From contig CAZQYV010000001.1 in assembly GCA_964597675.1 (NCBI GenBank), positions 81,644 through 145,643 of the forward strand: a stretch of DNA of 64,000 nucleotides. The letters run 5' to 3'. The notes beneath the pieces were generated by a model. The model did no database searches, was not told the DNA's origin, and saw only the letters and a list, made by a program, of their open reading frames with translations. The number at the start of each line of letters is the position of its first letter. The stretch's first letter is position 1. This DNA is from an uncultured Candidatus Saccharibacteria bacterium. Its GTDB lineage: Bacteria; Patescibacteriota; Minisyncoccia; Phycocordibacterales; DATDWN01. Of the stretch, positions 10,246 through 20,272 are shown in pieces. The position numbers and the translations under genes were made by a program.

Positions 10246-10488
10246 TTAGATAAGGCCTGCTTTTTTGAGTGTTGCGTAGGCGCCATTTTTCTGTATAGTC
10301 TTGATCGCTTTCGTAGAGAGTGTCAGCGTAATAGATGTGTTTAATTCAGGTACAAAAATCTTCTTTTTTTGAAGATTTGCATATTTTCGAACAGCGCCAG
10401 TTGGGTTGAATTGGGTTGCACGAGTACGGTTGGAGTATCCTCCTCCCATCTGTGAACTCTTATTCGTGATTGGACATGCTTTTGCCAT
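10246..10488 (-). CDS. rpmB: 50S ribosomal protein L28
   Basis: MAKACPIT.K....GGGYSNRTRAT...RKYANLQ...LSTKAIKTI. Confidence 0.93.
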   Translation of the reverse strand: MAKACPITNKSSQMGGGYSNRTRATQFNPTGAVRKYANLQKKKIFVPELNTSITLTLSTKAIKTIQKNGAYATLKKAGLI

Positions 10489-10567
10489 AGTGTTAGATAT
10501 GGTAGCATATGTAATGTAAAACGCAAGTTCGTGATCTACGGAGTTAAAGACGTTAACAACATTTTCG

Positions 10568-10718
10568 ATTTTAAAAACACATTCGCAGTTTTTTGTCTGA
10601 AATGTTGGCATTTTTCTCTAGCCGAGAGCGCTTGCCCCGTAGGGGACGCGAAGCGGTTAGCGGAAGGCAGGGAAAAATGTTTTACATTTCACAAAAAGCG
10701 AGGACGTGTTTTTAAAAT
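10568..10718. repeat. Long imperfect intergenic palindrome
   Basis: 13-bp terminal inverted repeat ATTTTAAAAACAC/GTGTTTTTAAAAT with nested arms TCGC/GCGA, TTTTTGT/ACAAAAA, GAAATGT/ACATTTC, CATTTTTC/GAAAAATG. Confidence 0.75.
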
Positions 10719-10733
10719 TAAAAATGTGACGCT

Positions 10734-11348
10734 ATGACCGTCGACCTTATTTTTTCCATCATTATCCTCATATTTTCAGTCATTATCCATGAGGTCTCTC
10801 ATGGTTATGCTGCATACCTGCAAGGGGATAATACAGCTAAATATGCAGGGAGATTGAATCTTAACCCCTTCAATCACCTCGAATGGTTTGGCTCATTTTT
10901 CTTGCCTATGATGTCATATTTTCTCGGGGGTTTTATTATTGGTTGGGCAAAGCCCGTTCCGTTCAATCCATACAATCTCCGTAATCAGCGATGGGGTGAA
11001 GCTCTTGTGGCAGTGGCAGGCCCTCTGTCAAATATATGTATAGCACTGATTTTTGGGCTTCTCATCCGGTCAGGCGTGGCATTTTCCTTTGGTCTGGCCT
11101 TTGTACAAATATCAGTGATGATAGTTACTATCAATTTAGTTTTAGCGACATTTAATCTCATACCCGTACCACCACTCGATGGTTCAAAGATTCTTTTCTC
11201 GTTTCTCCCATATTCTTTGCAATATATCCGTAATTTCCTCGAGCAGAACGGTACATTTATATTACTTTTCTTTGTCTTTTTCCTCTGGCAATTTATGATG
11301 CCTGTTATTTCATTGGAATTTACTCTTTTGACAGGACTAGTTCTATAA
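10734..11348 (+). CDS. Site-2 protease (M50) family protein
   Basis: HEVSH, AGPLSN, FNLIPVPPLDG. Confidence 0.93.
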   Translation: MTVDLIFSIIILIFSVIIHEVSHGYAAYLQGDNTAKYAGRLNLNPFNHLEWFGSFFLPMMSYFLGGFIIGWAKPVPFNPYNLRNQRWGEALVAVAGPLSNICIALIFGLLIRSGVAFSFGLAFVQISVMIVTINLVLATFNLIPVPPLDGSKILFSFLPYSLQYIRNFLEQNGTFILLFFVFFLWQFMMPVISLEFTLLTGLVL

Positions 11349-11576
11349 TTTTGTGGAAACATAACCTCGTTGAGGCGTGGCATTTTTGGAGACTTCGGAG
11401 CTCGACGGAGCGAGATTTAGTGGTCCGGCTAGCAAGCTGAACCACGTGCTCTAAAAATACCACGGCGAAAAAGAGGTTTGATCTGAAACAAATTAGTTGA
11501 AGATGGGGAGGAGAAAGAGAGTATTACTTGCTAAACAATTTGCAATTTTCAGGGAAATATATTACTATGTCAGCCA

Positions 11577-11993
11577 ATGTCTACGATAAATCAATTAGTA
11601 AAGAAAAGCCGACATACGACCAAGAGAAAACCACGTTCTGTGGCTTTGACTCGTGGCTTTAATAACCTCAAAAACCATCCTGTATACTATTCGTCTCCAT
11701 TCAAGCGAGGCGTGTGTACAAAGGTGACTACAAAGACACCAAAGAAACCAAACTCCGCTATCCGAAAGATTGCCCGTGTTCGACTAACAAATGGCTACGA
11801 GGTAACCGCATACATCCCAGGAATGGGTCACAACTTGCAAGAGCACTCAGTGGTTATGCTTCGTGGTGGTAAAGTACGAGATGTTGGTCTACGATATTCA
11901 GTTGTCCGAGGAGTTTTGGATGCAACTGGAGTAGATAAACGAATGAAAGGCCGATCACGATATGGTGCGAAACGACCAAAGAAAGGTAAATAA
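11577..11993 (+). CDS. rpsL: 30S ribosomal protein S12
   Basis: [21 protein letters not shown]. Confidence 0.98.
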   Translation: MSTINQLVKKSRHTTKRKPRSVALTRGFNNLKNHPVYYSSPFKRGVCTKVTTKTPKKPNSAIRKIARVRLTNGYEVTAYIPGMGHNLQEHSVVMLRGGKVRDVGLRYSVVRGVLDATGVDKRMKGRSRYGAKRPKKGK

Positions 11994-12004
11994 TTCTAAT
12001 TATT

Positions 12005-12475
12005 ATGCGAAGAAAAGTCACAAACAGAAATATAGTAGGTCCAGATCACGTCTATAATTCAGCAAAAATAGGCAAGTTTATTAACTACGTTATGATTCGT
12101 GGGCAGAAAGCAACTGCACAAGGTATTGTATATGAAGCCCTCGAAAAGATAAAAGATAAGGCAAAAGTAGAGGATCCTATGGAAGTTTTGGATACTGCTC
12201 TTAAAAATACAGGACCTTTGACAGAGGTTCGATCACGACGAGTCGGCGGTGCAAACTATCAGATTCCCCGAGAAGTTCGTCCAGAGCGACGCTCATATCT
12301 CTCTATGAAATGGATTATTGATGCTGCTCGAGCACGAAAGGGTATTCCTATGGCTGAAAAATTGGCAGAAGAAATTATTTTGGCTTCAAAAAATGAAGGT
12401 GAGGCAGTAAAGAAGCGAGAAAACACTCACAAAATGGCAGAAGCAAACAAGGCGTTTGCCCACTTTGCATGGTAA
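12005..12475 (+). CDS. rpsG: 30S ribosomal protein S7
   Basis: RRVGGANYQIP, HKMAEANKAFAH. Confidence 0.98.
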   Translation: MRRKVTNRNIVGPDHVYNSAKIGKFINYVMIRGQKATAQGIVYEALEKIKDKAKVEDPMEVLDTALKNTGPLTEVRSRRVGGANYQIPREVRPERRSYLSMKWIIDAARARKGIPMAEKLAEEIILASKNEGEAVKKRENTHKMAEANKAFAHFAW

Positions 12476-12496
12476 AAATAAACTAAAATTTTTAAT

Positions 12497-12531
12497 ACAA
12501 AAACACCACACCCTCTGTGTGGTGTTTTTGT
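12497..12531 (+). terminator. Intrinsic terminator after rpsG
   Basis: ACAAAAACACCACAC-CCTCT-GTGTGGTGTTTTTGT. Confidence 0.75.
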
Positions 12532-12648
12532 TATCCCCACTTTTACTCCTCCTTCCTCCCACACCAATCATTTTCTCTGTTACAATATATCTAACACAAC
12601 AGGTGTTATTGTTTTTCATTATCATATTATTCGCATTTAACTATCACC

Positions 12649-15600
12649 ATGTCTCTATTCAATCGTATTCGTACCCTATTATTAATCTGTGCTCTCATCT
12701 TTGCAGGGAGTGTTGCACTGCACACCATACACGCACAGTCATCTGGCTACACACCAGTGTCAGTCAACTCTCCCACCAACACCTCACTCAAAGTGACAGC
12801 AACACCTCTAGAGTTAAACAACACCACAAACATGTGGTCCTACAAGATAGACTGGAAGAGAACACGTAATGCACAAGGTTCTATATCTATTGCAGAAGAG
12901 TCATCTCCTACAACTAAAGTCCTCTCACTCTCTCCTGCATCACAAGAGGGAAGTCAGACTGTCACACTCAAACCCTCTACTACATACAGAGTGAAGTTCT
13001 ACAGTACAACGGGATATGGTGGAACACTCATCTTGAGCAAAAAGATGACAACTCTCGCTACATCTGATGAGGATCCTGACCTAGAGGACGATGTGGTGAA
13101 TACAGATACTTCTATCACAGGTCTTCAAACGCAGATTGCATCTCTCCTTGCACAGATCAATGAACTCCGAGCACGATTAGCGGGGGGGACACCTGTGACT
13201 ACTAGCACCAGTTCAAGTCCTGCTGTTGTGACTACAACAGTATCTACAGGCACTGGGAGTTATGATCCTGCGGTGGATAACAGATCAACCAACACATTTT
13301 ACATTGCACCTAAGTCACAGGTAAAAACAGGTAGCAAACCTGCCTATTTCTTTGTGCGTATCGGTAAATATGGAAGTCAGAGCAGTGCTATATCAGAATT
13401 TAAAAATGTACCAAAAGGTATGAATGTCACTTTCTATAGGTTAGATAAAGATAGGATTGACCCTTCATGGTATTCAGGAGAGAAATTACCGGTTGATCAA
13501 TATTCATATACAGGAACTAGTTTTCCAATATTTGCGTATCTTAAATCAGTCCAACCATACCCATTGGCAAAATGGCTTGGGACGTATCAGCGTTGGTTAA
13601 AACCTGATGAAAATATGGCCAGAAGCCAATTTGGCGGACCTAATATTATTAACGACGGCACAGCTATTCTTAGGTCTGGAGAAATGGGGCTGTTAAAAGT
13701 TGATACAGATACAGATTTTACGGCTGGACCTGGGACATATACTATTACAGCAGTCGAGAGTACTAATCAAGGTTCAGATATTGCGGGACAATATAATTCA
13801 TCGGCTACGAAAAAAGAAGTAACATTTAGTGTTGTAATCGGTGATCAGGTGGCAATGTGTCTCAGTGATTTAAAGACGTGGCCAAGTCCAACAGCAAAAA
13901 ATTCTAAAACACTTCCTGATGCATTTAAACTATCTGGCGATCCTGGAAGATTTAATGATGCCTGTGATCCAAGTATTGGCGCAAATGCTTCAGGATTTCC
14001 AAATTTTACTGACAGAAAGAAGCCGTTATTGCAGGATTGTGTTACTAAAGCACAAAAACAAGCAGATGCTCTCGGTGTTCCCATGTCTTGTTCTATCATT
14101 ACAGAGGCAAGTGGTGGTTATTTCCGAGCTGGCTGTATAATCACTGGTACTGGCTATGAATTTCAAGCAGCACAATTGGTTGGAACAGGACAAGTTGGTA
14201 CAAATCAGCAGTATTCTCAGGGTAGTTGGAGAGATGTAGAGAGGACAATTCTTCAAAGACAAGCAGAAAAAGTGGCTGATCGTGGATATGTATATTATGA
14301 TAACGACTCAAATGTTTGGCGAGCAATGAATCAGACTGTAGCAGACGCACCAGCATCTTGTGATAAGTTGCTCGATGTTGATGTTAAAAGCGTTAATAAA
14401 GAATGGAATATTTCCATTCATGCTAAGTCACTGACAGAAGGTTCTGTTATTCCAATCGAAATTGTTGCACACCCATCGGTTAAATCAGTTAGTCTATATC
14501 TGCTTAAAGATTATACGAATGGTTCGAACGCAAGAGAGTGGTGGAATGATGAGTATGCCAAACTTTCATCAGCAACTTCTTGGAGTTCATGGATTGGTGA
14601 GAAAAATGCAGCTCAATCACCACAAAGAAATTTAATTGGATATCCAGAATATCATCCACAGGTTGCGTTGACTATGCAGAGAGTCAACTTGGTAAATGGT
14701 AAGGGTACAATACAGTGGACTGTTCCTTCTAAGCTTGAGCCATATCAAGAAATGGGCTGGAACCAAGGAGGACAAGGCGGTTTGCAGCCAGCCGTTCAAT
14801 ATAGTATTAGAGCGATAGCAGACAATAGTATATGGTCTGATAGTCCTAGTTTTACTATATTATCTAATACTCAATCATGTAACTTACTCGAGGGTACAGC
14901 ATGTGATTCATCAAAGGTTACTGAGTCTGTGCAGTCCGGTTCATCTGGAGGTTATGCATTATGGGTAAATGGCCGCGATTTGTATAGGTCTTTCGGTGTA
15001 ATGGGTCAAGGAGTTGCTCCTCTAGATGTTCGAATTACAACTGCTGATGCAACATATAAAACTGGAGATCCTCATCCAAGTAGTTCTGTTCCACTTCCTG
15101 TTCCAGTAACGGCAGGCAAACCAATTCAGATTTCAGGATACATGTTTAATAATTCGACCAAAAAAGTTGATATTGATCTGTTAAATATTGGCACCCCTCT
15201 GTGTCAAAGCAGTGTCAACCAAGCGTATCAAGTGTTCCATGCTTGTGAGCAAGAATATTATTCAAAACCAATAGTGACATGGTCAATTGCTCGGGATATA
15301 CCATCACGCATTATAACTGATTCATTAGGATATAATACATGGTTCTTTAATCACATCTTTACAGTACCATCTGATGCGATTGTTCCCGGTAAATACGTCA
15401 TTCGCATAACCGATCCTGATTTCTTGTATAGTTATGCTGGACAGGAGAGAGGAACAGCTATATTTGGATTTCAGGGTGGTGTAGCATTTAGTCCATCATT
15501 TGAGGTGATCGGTTCATCACAGCCTGCTACAGGACAGACGCCAACTCCGACAACACCTTCAACACCAACTAGCGCAACACCAGTTTCTAATGCTTCAGGT

Positions 15601-15882
15601 GTGGACGGATTCTCTTCAGTATGTGAATCTACATCAACCTTCTGGTTTAGAAACAACGCATCGGCATATAATCTATATCGAAACACAACAAATAATGTTT
15701 CGACTGCACAGAAAATCTTGAGTAACATATCTTATATGCCTGGGAGTAGTACGGGCGGGTATGTTGATAAACCGCAGAGAGGAACATACTTCTATTGGGT
15801 AGAAAATGTTGGAAGTACTGTAAAAGCCCCTTCTGCAAAGAATGCAATAGATGGTGTACCGGTCATGTCATGTCTCTTCTAA
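12649..15882 (+). CDS. Large secreted/surface protein, paralog 1 of shared N-terminal cassette family
   Basis: Signal peptide, shared AQSSGYTPVSVN...RVKFYST block, short coiled coil, Thr/Pro/Ser linkers, unique C-terminus. Confidence 0.85.
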   Translation: MSLFNRIRTLLLICALIFAGSVALHTIHAQSSGYTPVSVNSPTNTSLKVTATPLELNNTTNMWSYKIDWKRTRNAQGSISIAEESSPTTKVLSLSPASQEGSQTVTLKPSTTYRVKFYSTTGYGGTLILSKKMTTLATSDEDPDLEDDVVNTDTSITGLQTQIASLLAQINELRARLAGGTPVTTSTSSSPAVVTTTVSTGTGSYDPAVDNRSTNTFYIAPKSQVKTGSKPAYFFVRIGKYGSQSSAISEFKNVPKGMNVTFYRLDKDRIDPSWYSGEKLPVDQYSYTGTSFPIFAYLKSVQPYPLAKWLGTYQRWLKPDENMARSQFGGPNIINDGTAILRSGEMGLLKVDTDTDFTAGPGTYTITAVESTNQGSDIAGQYNSSATKKEVTFSVVIGDQVAMCLSDLKTWPSPTAKNSKTLPDAFKLSGDPGRFNDACDPSIGANASGFPNFTDRKKPLLQDCVTKAQKQADALGVPMSCSIITEASGGYFRAGCIITGTGYEFQAAQLVGTGQVGTNQQYSQGSWRDVERTILQRQAEKVADRGYVYYDNDSNVWRAMNQTVADAPASCDKLLDVDVKSVNKEWNISIHAKSLTEGSVIPIEIVAHPSVKSVSLYLLKDYTNGSNAREWWNDEYAKLSSATSWSSWIGEKNAAQSPQRNLIGYPEYHPQVALTMQRVNLVNGKGTIQWTVPSKLEPYQEMGWNQGGQGGLQPAVQYSIRAIADNSIWSDSPSFTILSNTQSCNLLEGTACDSSKVTESVQSGSSGGYALWVNGRDLYRSFGVMGQGVAPLDVRITTADATYKTGDPHPSSSVPLPVPVTAGKPIQISGYMFNNSTKKVDIDLLNIGTPLCQSSVNQAYQVFHACEQEYYSKPIVTWSIARDIPSRIITDSLGYNTWFFNHIFTVPSDAIVPGKYVIRITDPDFLYSYAGQERGTAIFGFQGGVAFSPSFEVIGSSQPATGQTPTPTTPSTPTSATPVSNASGVDGFSSVCESTSTFWFRNNASAYNLYRNTTNNVSTAQKILSNISYMPGSSTGGYVDKPQRGTYFYWVENVGSTVKAPSAKNAIDGVPVMSCLF

Positions 15883-18800
15883 AGTTAAATTTCAAAAAAT
15901 CTCCCTTTGGGGAGATTTTTGTATATATTAAAAAATATGTCTGATATAATACACCAATGAACATATCAAAATATCTTAGTACCCCTTTACTCATCCTCAC
16001 CATCCTTCTTACTACACTCTGGAGTGTACACACCCTACACGCACAGTCATCTGGCTACACACCAGTGTCAGTCAACTCTCCCACCAACACCTCACTCAAA
16101 GTGACAGCAACACCTCTAGAGTTAAACAACACCACAAACATGTGGTCCTACAAGATAGACTGGAAGAGAACACGTAATGCACAAGGTTCTATATCTATTG
16201 CAGAAGAGTCATCTCCTACAACCAAAGTCCTCTCACTCTCTCCTGCATCACAAGAGGGTACACAGACTGTCACACTGAAACCTTCTACTACATACCGAGT
16301 GAAGTTTTATAGTACAACGGGGTATGGAGGAACAGTTATATTAAGCAAGAAACTTACGACATTGTCTTTTGACGATGAACAGCCAGATATTGATGCAACC
16401 TATGTGCAGATAAAACCAGCAAATATATTGCAGACACAGATAAGTGAATTACTTGCGATTATTGCACGATTACGTGCACAACTTGATGCAATATCAATTT
16501 CAACCACAACCCCTCGCATACAACCGCCACAGCCAGCCCTGTGTACTATGGAAGTACGTCTCTGTCCGGACGGTATAACTTATGTTGGACGCACAGGTCC
16601 ACAGTGTGAGTCTGCACCATGTCCTGTAAGTCCAAGTGTTCCATCAAGTCCTGTAAATGTACAAAATACGGTAGTAGTATCAAATAAAAGTGATGTCACT
16701 GTAACCAATTACCCGATGCAAATAGGTAGACCATTTAAGCAGGGTGAGATTGTGGGATATCCTAGTGTGTCGATAAATGGGTCGACTGTACTTACTCAGG
16801 CAGATGTAAAAAATCGATGGTCAGACGGTAGTGTAAAATTTGCAATACTTTCTTTTGTTCTACCGAATTTATCAGCAAATTCTACATTAACATTAGCATT
16901 TTCTAATCAATCGTCTGGTAACAATACTGCGTTGACGAAAAGCCAAATGCTTGGAACCAATTACAATTTTGATGCTCAAATAAAATTGACTAGTGGAGGT
17001 AATACAAAGATGGTATCTGCACGAGACATGCTATCCAATGGTGATTATGTGGTATGGACGAGTGGACCCGTGGCCACAACGATTATTCTTGCCGATCATT
17101 CTGCTGATAGAAAATATGATATGGGATTTGATTCTCACAAATCATTTAGACCAATTTTCGAAGCAACATTTTGGCCAGCAACAAATCAAGTAAGAGTAAG
17201 ATATATTGGTGAAAATAGTAATACAAAATCACTCCAAGATATACAATATGACCTTGCTTTGACACTTGGTTCAGTAAATCCAAAGTCTGTGTATAGTCGA
17301 GCAGGGTTGGCCCATCCTTTGCTCACTCGTTGGACAAAAGTTTTTTGGCTAAATGGTGCACCAAATCAGAAAATCAATGTCGATAATAATTTAGCATATC
17401 TCAGTCAGACAACATATTTTCCAGTGTTTGATATGACAGTTAGTGTTCCGGATGAAGTTGTAGCCTCTGCATATAGTTCTTGGCAAAATAATCCACACGA
17501 CCTATACGATTCTGGTGGTTGGACAAAATATATGCCAACAACTGGCGGAAGGTCAGATATTTCACCATTTACCAATTGGACAATGCGTTGGTTATATACA
17601 GGTGATTGGCGTACACGAGAGATTGCTCTGGGAATGGGTGATTTGGCTGGAGCATGGCGCTTGCATGCTCGTGAAGGAGACTCAACAAAAAAAATAGATA
17701 AAGCACAGACTCAATCTGGACTTACTTTGCCGATATCGGTGTATGCATATCCAAATCTATGGCTGCCCGACAACAACGGTTCCTATGGACAATTAGCAAT
17801 TCCGAACGCTCGGGTGGTTGATAACGGCTGGGTGGCTGATAATGCTCACCAACCGGATCCATTTTATGCCGAGTATGTGCTGACTGGTGATCATTGGTAT
17901 CTAGAAGAAGCGCAGATGTGGGCTAGTATGAGTGCCTTGGCAAACTGTCCCGGAAGTGCACAGTGGTGTCGCGGTTCGGGAATGGCGGGACTACAAGATC
18001 AGGTACGTGGTGATGCATGGGCATTCCGTAATCGTATGAATGCTGCTTTCATCACTCCAGATGATATGCAGACACTCAAAAACTTTTATACTAATATGGT
18101 CAATGATGTTTTGGCTTTTTGGGAAGGGAAAGCTGGAATTACTGGCACGGGGTTTCAAAATACTACTGAATGGAAATGGGCAAACACAAATACGTACAAG
18201 GTTGCACGAACAAACCCGCTCCATTTTTGGTCAATTGATGGTGCTCCACCATACTATTATGCTCCATGGCAGCAGTATTATCTTTTGACAGTGCTTGGAA
18301 TAGCAAAAGAAAGGGGATATGCGACCCGTCCGTTATTTGATTTTCTCAGTACTATGCTAACAAAACAAATATCAGCTGAGCGGTATAATCCATTCAATTT
18401 GGCATCATATTCTATTCAGGTTTCGGATGCAAAAGGAAATTGGTACCCTACATGGGGAGATGTACAGGCGGCAAACGTTGACCGTGACTATATGAAGGCA
18501 ACTGGTGATTTTTTAGCAACTAATAATGGTGCATATTATCCAATACTTGCAACAGCCGCTTCTTCATTTATGACATCTACTTCAGATGGTATGTCTACAT
18601 GGAATTTCTTGAAGACTAATGTGAAAGATAGTTCATTACGTAAATTACTAACCGTACCGGGTTGGTATACGAGTTACTATGATGGTACTGGGGAACTTGG
18701 ATGGAATATTATTCCACGTTGATAGTACTAAAATTTTTGTTTAGATGGATATTGTAGGATGTGTTTATGTGTTATAATACACCAATGAACATATCAAAAT

Positions 18801-19144
18801 ATCTTAGTACCCCTTTACTCATCCTCACCATCCTTCTTACTACACTCTGGAGTGTACACACCCTACACGCACAGTCATCTGGCTACACACCAGTGTCAGT
18901 CAACTCTCCCACCAACACCTCACTCAAAGTGACAGCAACACCTCTAGAGTTAAACAACACCACAAACATGTGGTCCTACAAGATAGACTGGAAGAGAACA
19001 CGTAATGCACAAGGTTCTATATCTATTGCAGAAGAGTCATCTCCTACAACCAAAGTCCTCTCACTCTCTCCTGCATCACAAGAGGGTACACAGACAGTCA
19101 CACTGAAACCTTCTACTACATACAGAGTGAAGTTTTATAGTACA
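12721..19144 (+). repeat. Three near-identical direct copies of about 290-370 bp (about 12721-13007, 15945-16316, 18773-19144)
   Basis: Copies 2 and 3 (offset 2828) share -10 box, signal peptide and first domain; copy 1 joins near the signal cleavage site. Confidence 0.95.
15957..18722 (+). CDS. Secreted protein, paralog 2; C-terminal part resembles PcRGLX/YetA-like polysaccharide lyase family
   Basis: Shared cassette, CTMEVRLCPDG..VGRTGPQCE..PCP module, then GRPFKQGEI..TQADVKNRWSDGSVKFAILSF and TTGGRSDI; family assignment is from memory. Confidence 0.75.
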   Translation: MNISKYLSTPLLILTILLTTLWSVHTLHAQSSGYTPVSVNSPTNTSLKVTATPLELNNTTNMWSYKIDWKRTRNAQGSISIAEESSPTTKVLSLSPASQEGTQTVTLKPSTTYRVKFYSTTGYGGTVILSKKLTTLSFDDEQPDIDATYVQIKPANILQTQISELLAIIARLRAQLDAISISTTTPRIQPPQPALCTMEVRLCPDGITYVGRTGPQCESAPCPVSPSVPSSPVNVQNTVVVSNKSDVTVTNYPMQIGRPFKQGEIVGYPSVSINGSTVLTQADVKNRWSDGSVKFAILSFVLPNLSANSTLTLAFSNQSSGNNTALTKSQMLGTNYNFDAQIKLTSGGNTKMVSARDMLSNGDYVVWTSGPVATTIILADHSADRKYDMGFDSHKSFRPIFEATFWPATNQVRVRYIGENSNTKSLQDIQYDLALTLGSVNPKSVYSRAGLAHPLLTRWTKVFWLNGAPNQKINVDNNLAYLSQTTYFPVFDMTVSVPDEVVASAYSSWQNNPHDLYDSGGWTKYMPTTGGRSDISPFTNWTMRWLYTGDWRTREIALGMGDLAGAWRLHAREGDSTKKIDKAQTQSGLTLPISVYAYPNLWLPDNNGSYGQLAIPNARVVDNGWVADNAHQPDPFYAEYVLTGDHWYLEEAQMWASMSALANCPGSAQWCRGSGMAGLQDQVRGDAWAFRNRMNAAFITPDDMQTLKNFYTNMVNDVLAFWEGKAGITGTGFQNTTEWKWANTNTYKVARTNPLHFWSIDGAPPYYYAPWQQYYLLTVLGIAKERGYATRPLFDFLSTMLTKQISAERYNPFNLASYSIQVSDAKGNWYPTWGDVQAANVDRDYMKATGDFLATNNGAYYPILATAASSFMTSTSDGMSTWNFLKTNVKDSSLRKLLTVPGWYTSYYDGTGELGWNIIPR

Positions 19145-20173
19145 CCAAACTACACAGGCACTGCTATTTTGAGTAGGAGAATGACAACACTTTCAATATA
19201 TGATGAAGAGCCAGATGTTGAAAATATCATACCCCCTGTTTCCATGGATTCAAGTATAACTAATCTTCAGTCACGTATCTCTGAATTGTTACGTATGATA
19301 GAACAATTACGAGGACAAATTGGTCGCAGTGTATCTTCGTCTTCTACCGCAACAAGTACAGCCACTACAACAAATCCTCTAATTTCACTTCCGCAACAAC
19401 CTGTAGCATGCACCATGGAGGCACGCCTGTGCCCAGATGGTATTACATATGTAGGACGAACCGGCCCGCAGTGTGAATTTGGAGCATGTCCTGTAAAAAA
19501 ATGTGATACTGGATTACTCTACATGCCATCATGTTCTGGCGTACCTGTTCAAAATCCAAACACATGTGAAATAACGTGTCAGTCTAGTGCACAGTCAGCA
19601 CGAGTAACAATTACAACAAACTATAGCGAGCCACTTCTTTTGGGTTCATATAGTAATTTGTCATTTCAGGTATCATTGCCACAAAATGTAAATCCAAATC
19701 CTGACTATACATTCAAGTTAGTCGGTAGTATTCCTGGTATGATTTTTGAAAATATGTGGTGTGACCAAGTGGGTTATGGAGGAATCTGTCCTAAAATGGT
19801 AAGTGTATCAAGTGTCATGTATCTTGACGGCAGACCAACTCAAGTGGGAATATATCCCATTACTCTTGTTGCCACAGATCAATATGGTAATACAGGATCA
19901 AAAACTATAAACATAGAAGTGGTTAGTTTGAAACCGTTACCACTTATTACTCAATGTCTCTATGCTGCACCACCAGATGGTTGTAGTTATATTCCCGGAC
20001 CGAATTATAATCCTCAGACAACATGCGGTATGATTCTTTCCTGTAATGCAGAGACAGCATGTCAAAATGTTGAAGTGGGTGTAATGCGAACTTGCTTGAC
20101 AGGATATGTTTCAAAATTAAATCCAAAAACGTGTATATATGAGTGTGCACCTGTTGGTAGCAGTTCAGAATAG
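18785..20173 (+). CDS. Secreted Cys-rich protein with putative Ig-like domain, paralog 3
   Basis: Shared cassette, CTMEARLCPDG module, GRPTQVGIYPITLVATD Ig-like motif; ATG 18785 matches the paralog 2 start. Confidence 0.85.
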   Translation: MNISKYLSTPLLILTILLTTLWSVHTLHAQSSGYTPVSVNSPTNTSLKVTATPLELNNTTNMWSYKIDWKRTRNAQGSISIAEESSPTTKVLSLSPASQEGTQTVTLKPSTTYRVKFYSTPNYTGTAILSRRMTTLSIYDEEPDVENIIPPVSMDSSITNLQSRISELLRMIEQLRGQIGRSVSSSSTATSTATTTNPLISLPQQPVACTMEARLCPDGITYVGRTGPQCEFGACPVKKCDTGLLYMPSCSGVPVQNPNTCEITCQSSAQSARVTITTNYSEPLLLGSYSNLSFQVSLPQNVNPNPDYTFKLVGSIPGMIFENMWCDQVGYGGICPKMVSVSSVMYLDGRPTQVGIYPITLVATDQYGNTGSKTINIEVVSLKPLPLITQCLYAAPPDGCSYIPGPNYNPQTTCGMILSCNAETACQNVEVGVMRTCLTGYVSKLNPKTCIYECAPVGSSSE

Positions 20174-20272
20174 GCACGTTCATAATTGCGTTATCCTTAT
20201 TTTTGGTATATAGTTTGAGATGTTAAAAATCGAGTGTGTTCGACTTGTTTTAATTATTAATTTATCATTTTT

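Noticed and set aside
12649-20173. Paralog repeats as additional DGR targets
   Set aside because: Repeats are N-terminal, differences are not adenine-specific, and there is no similarity to the TR
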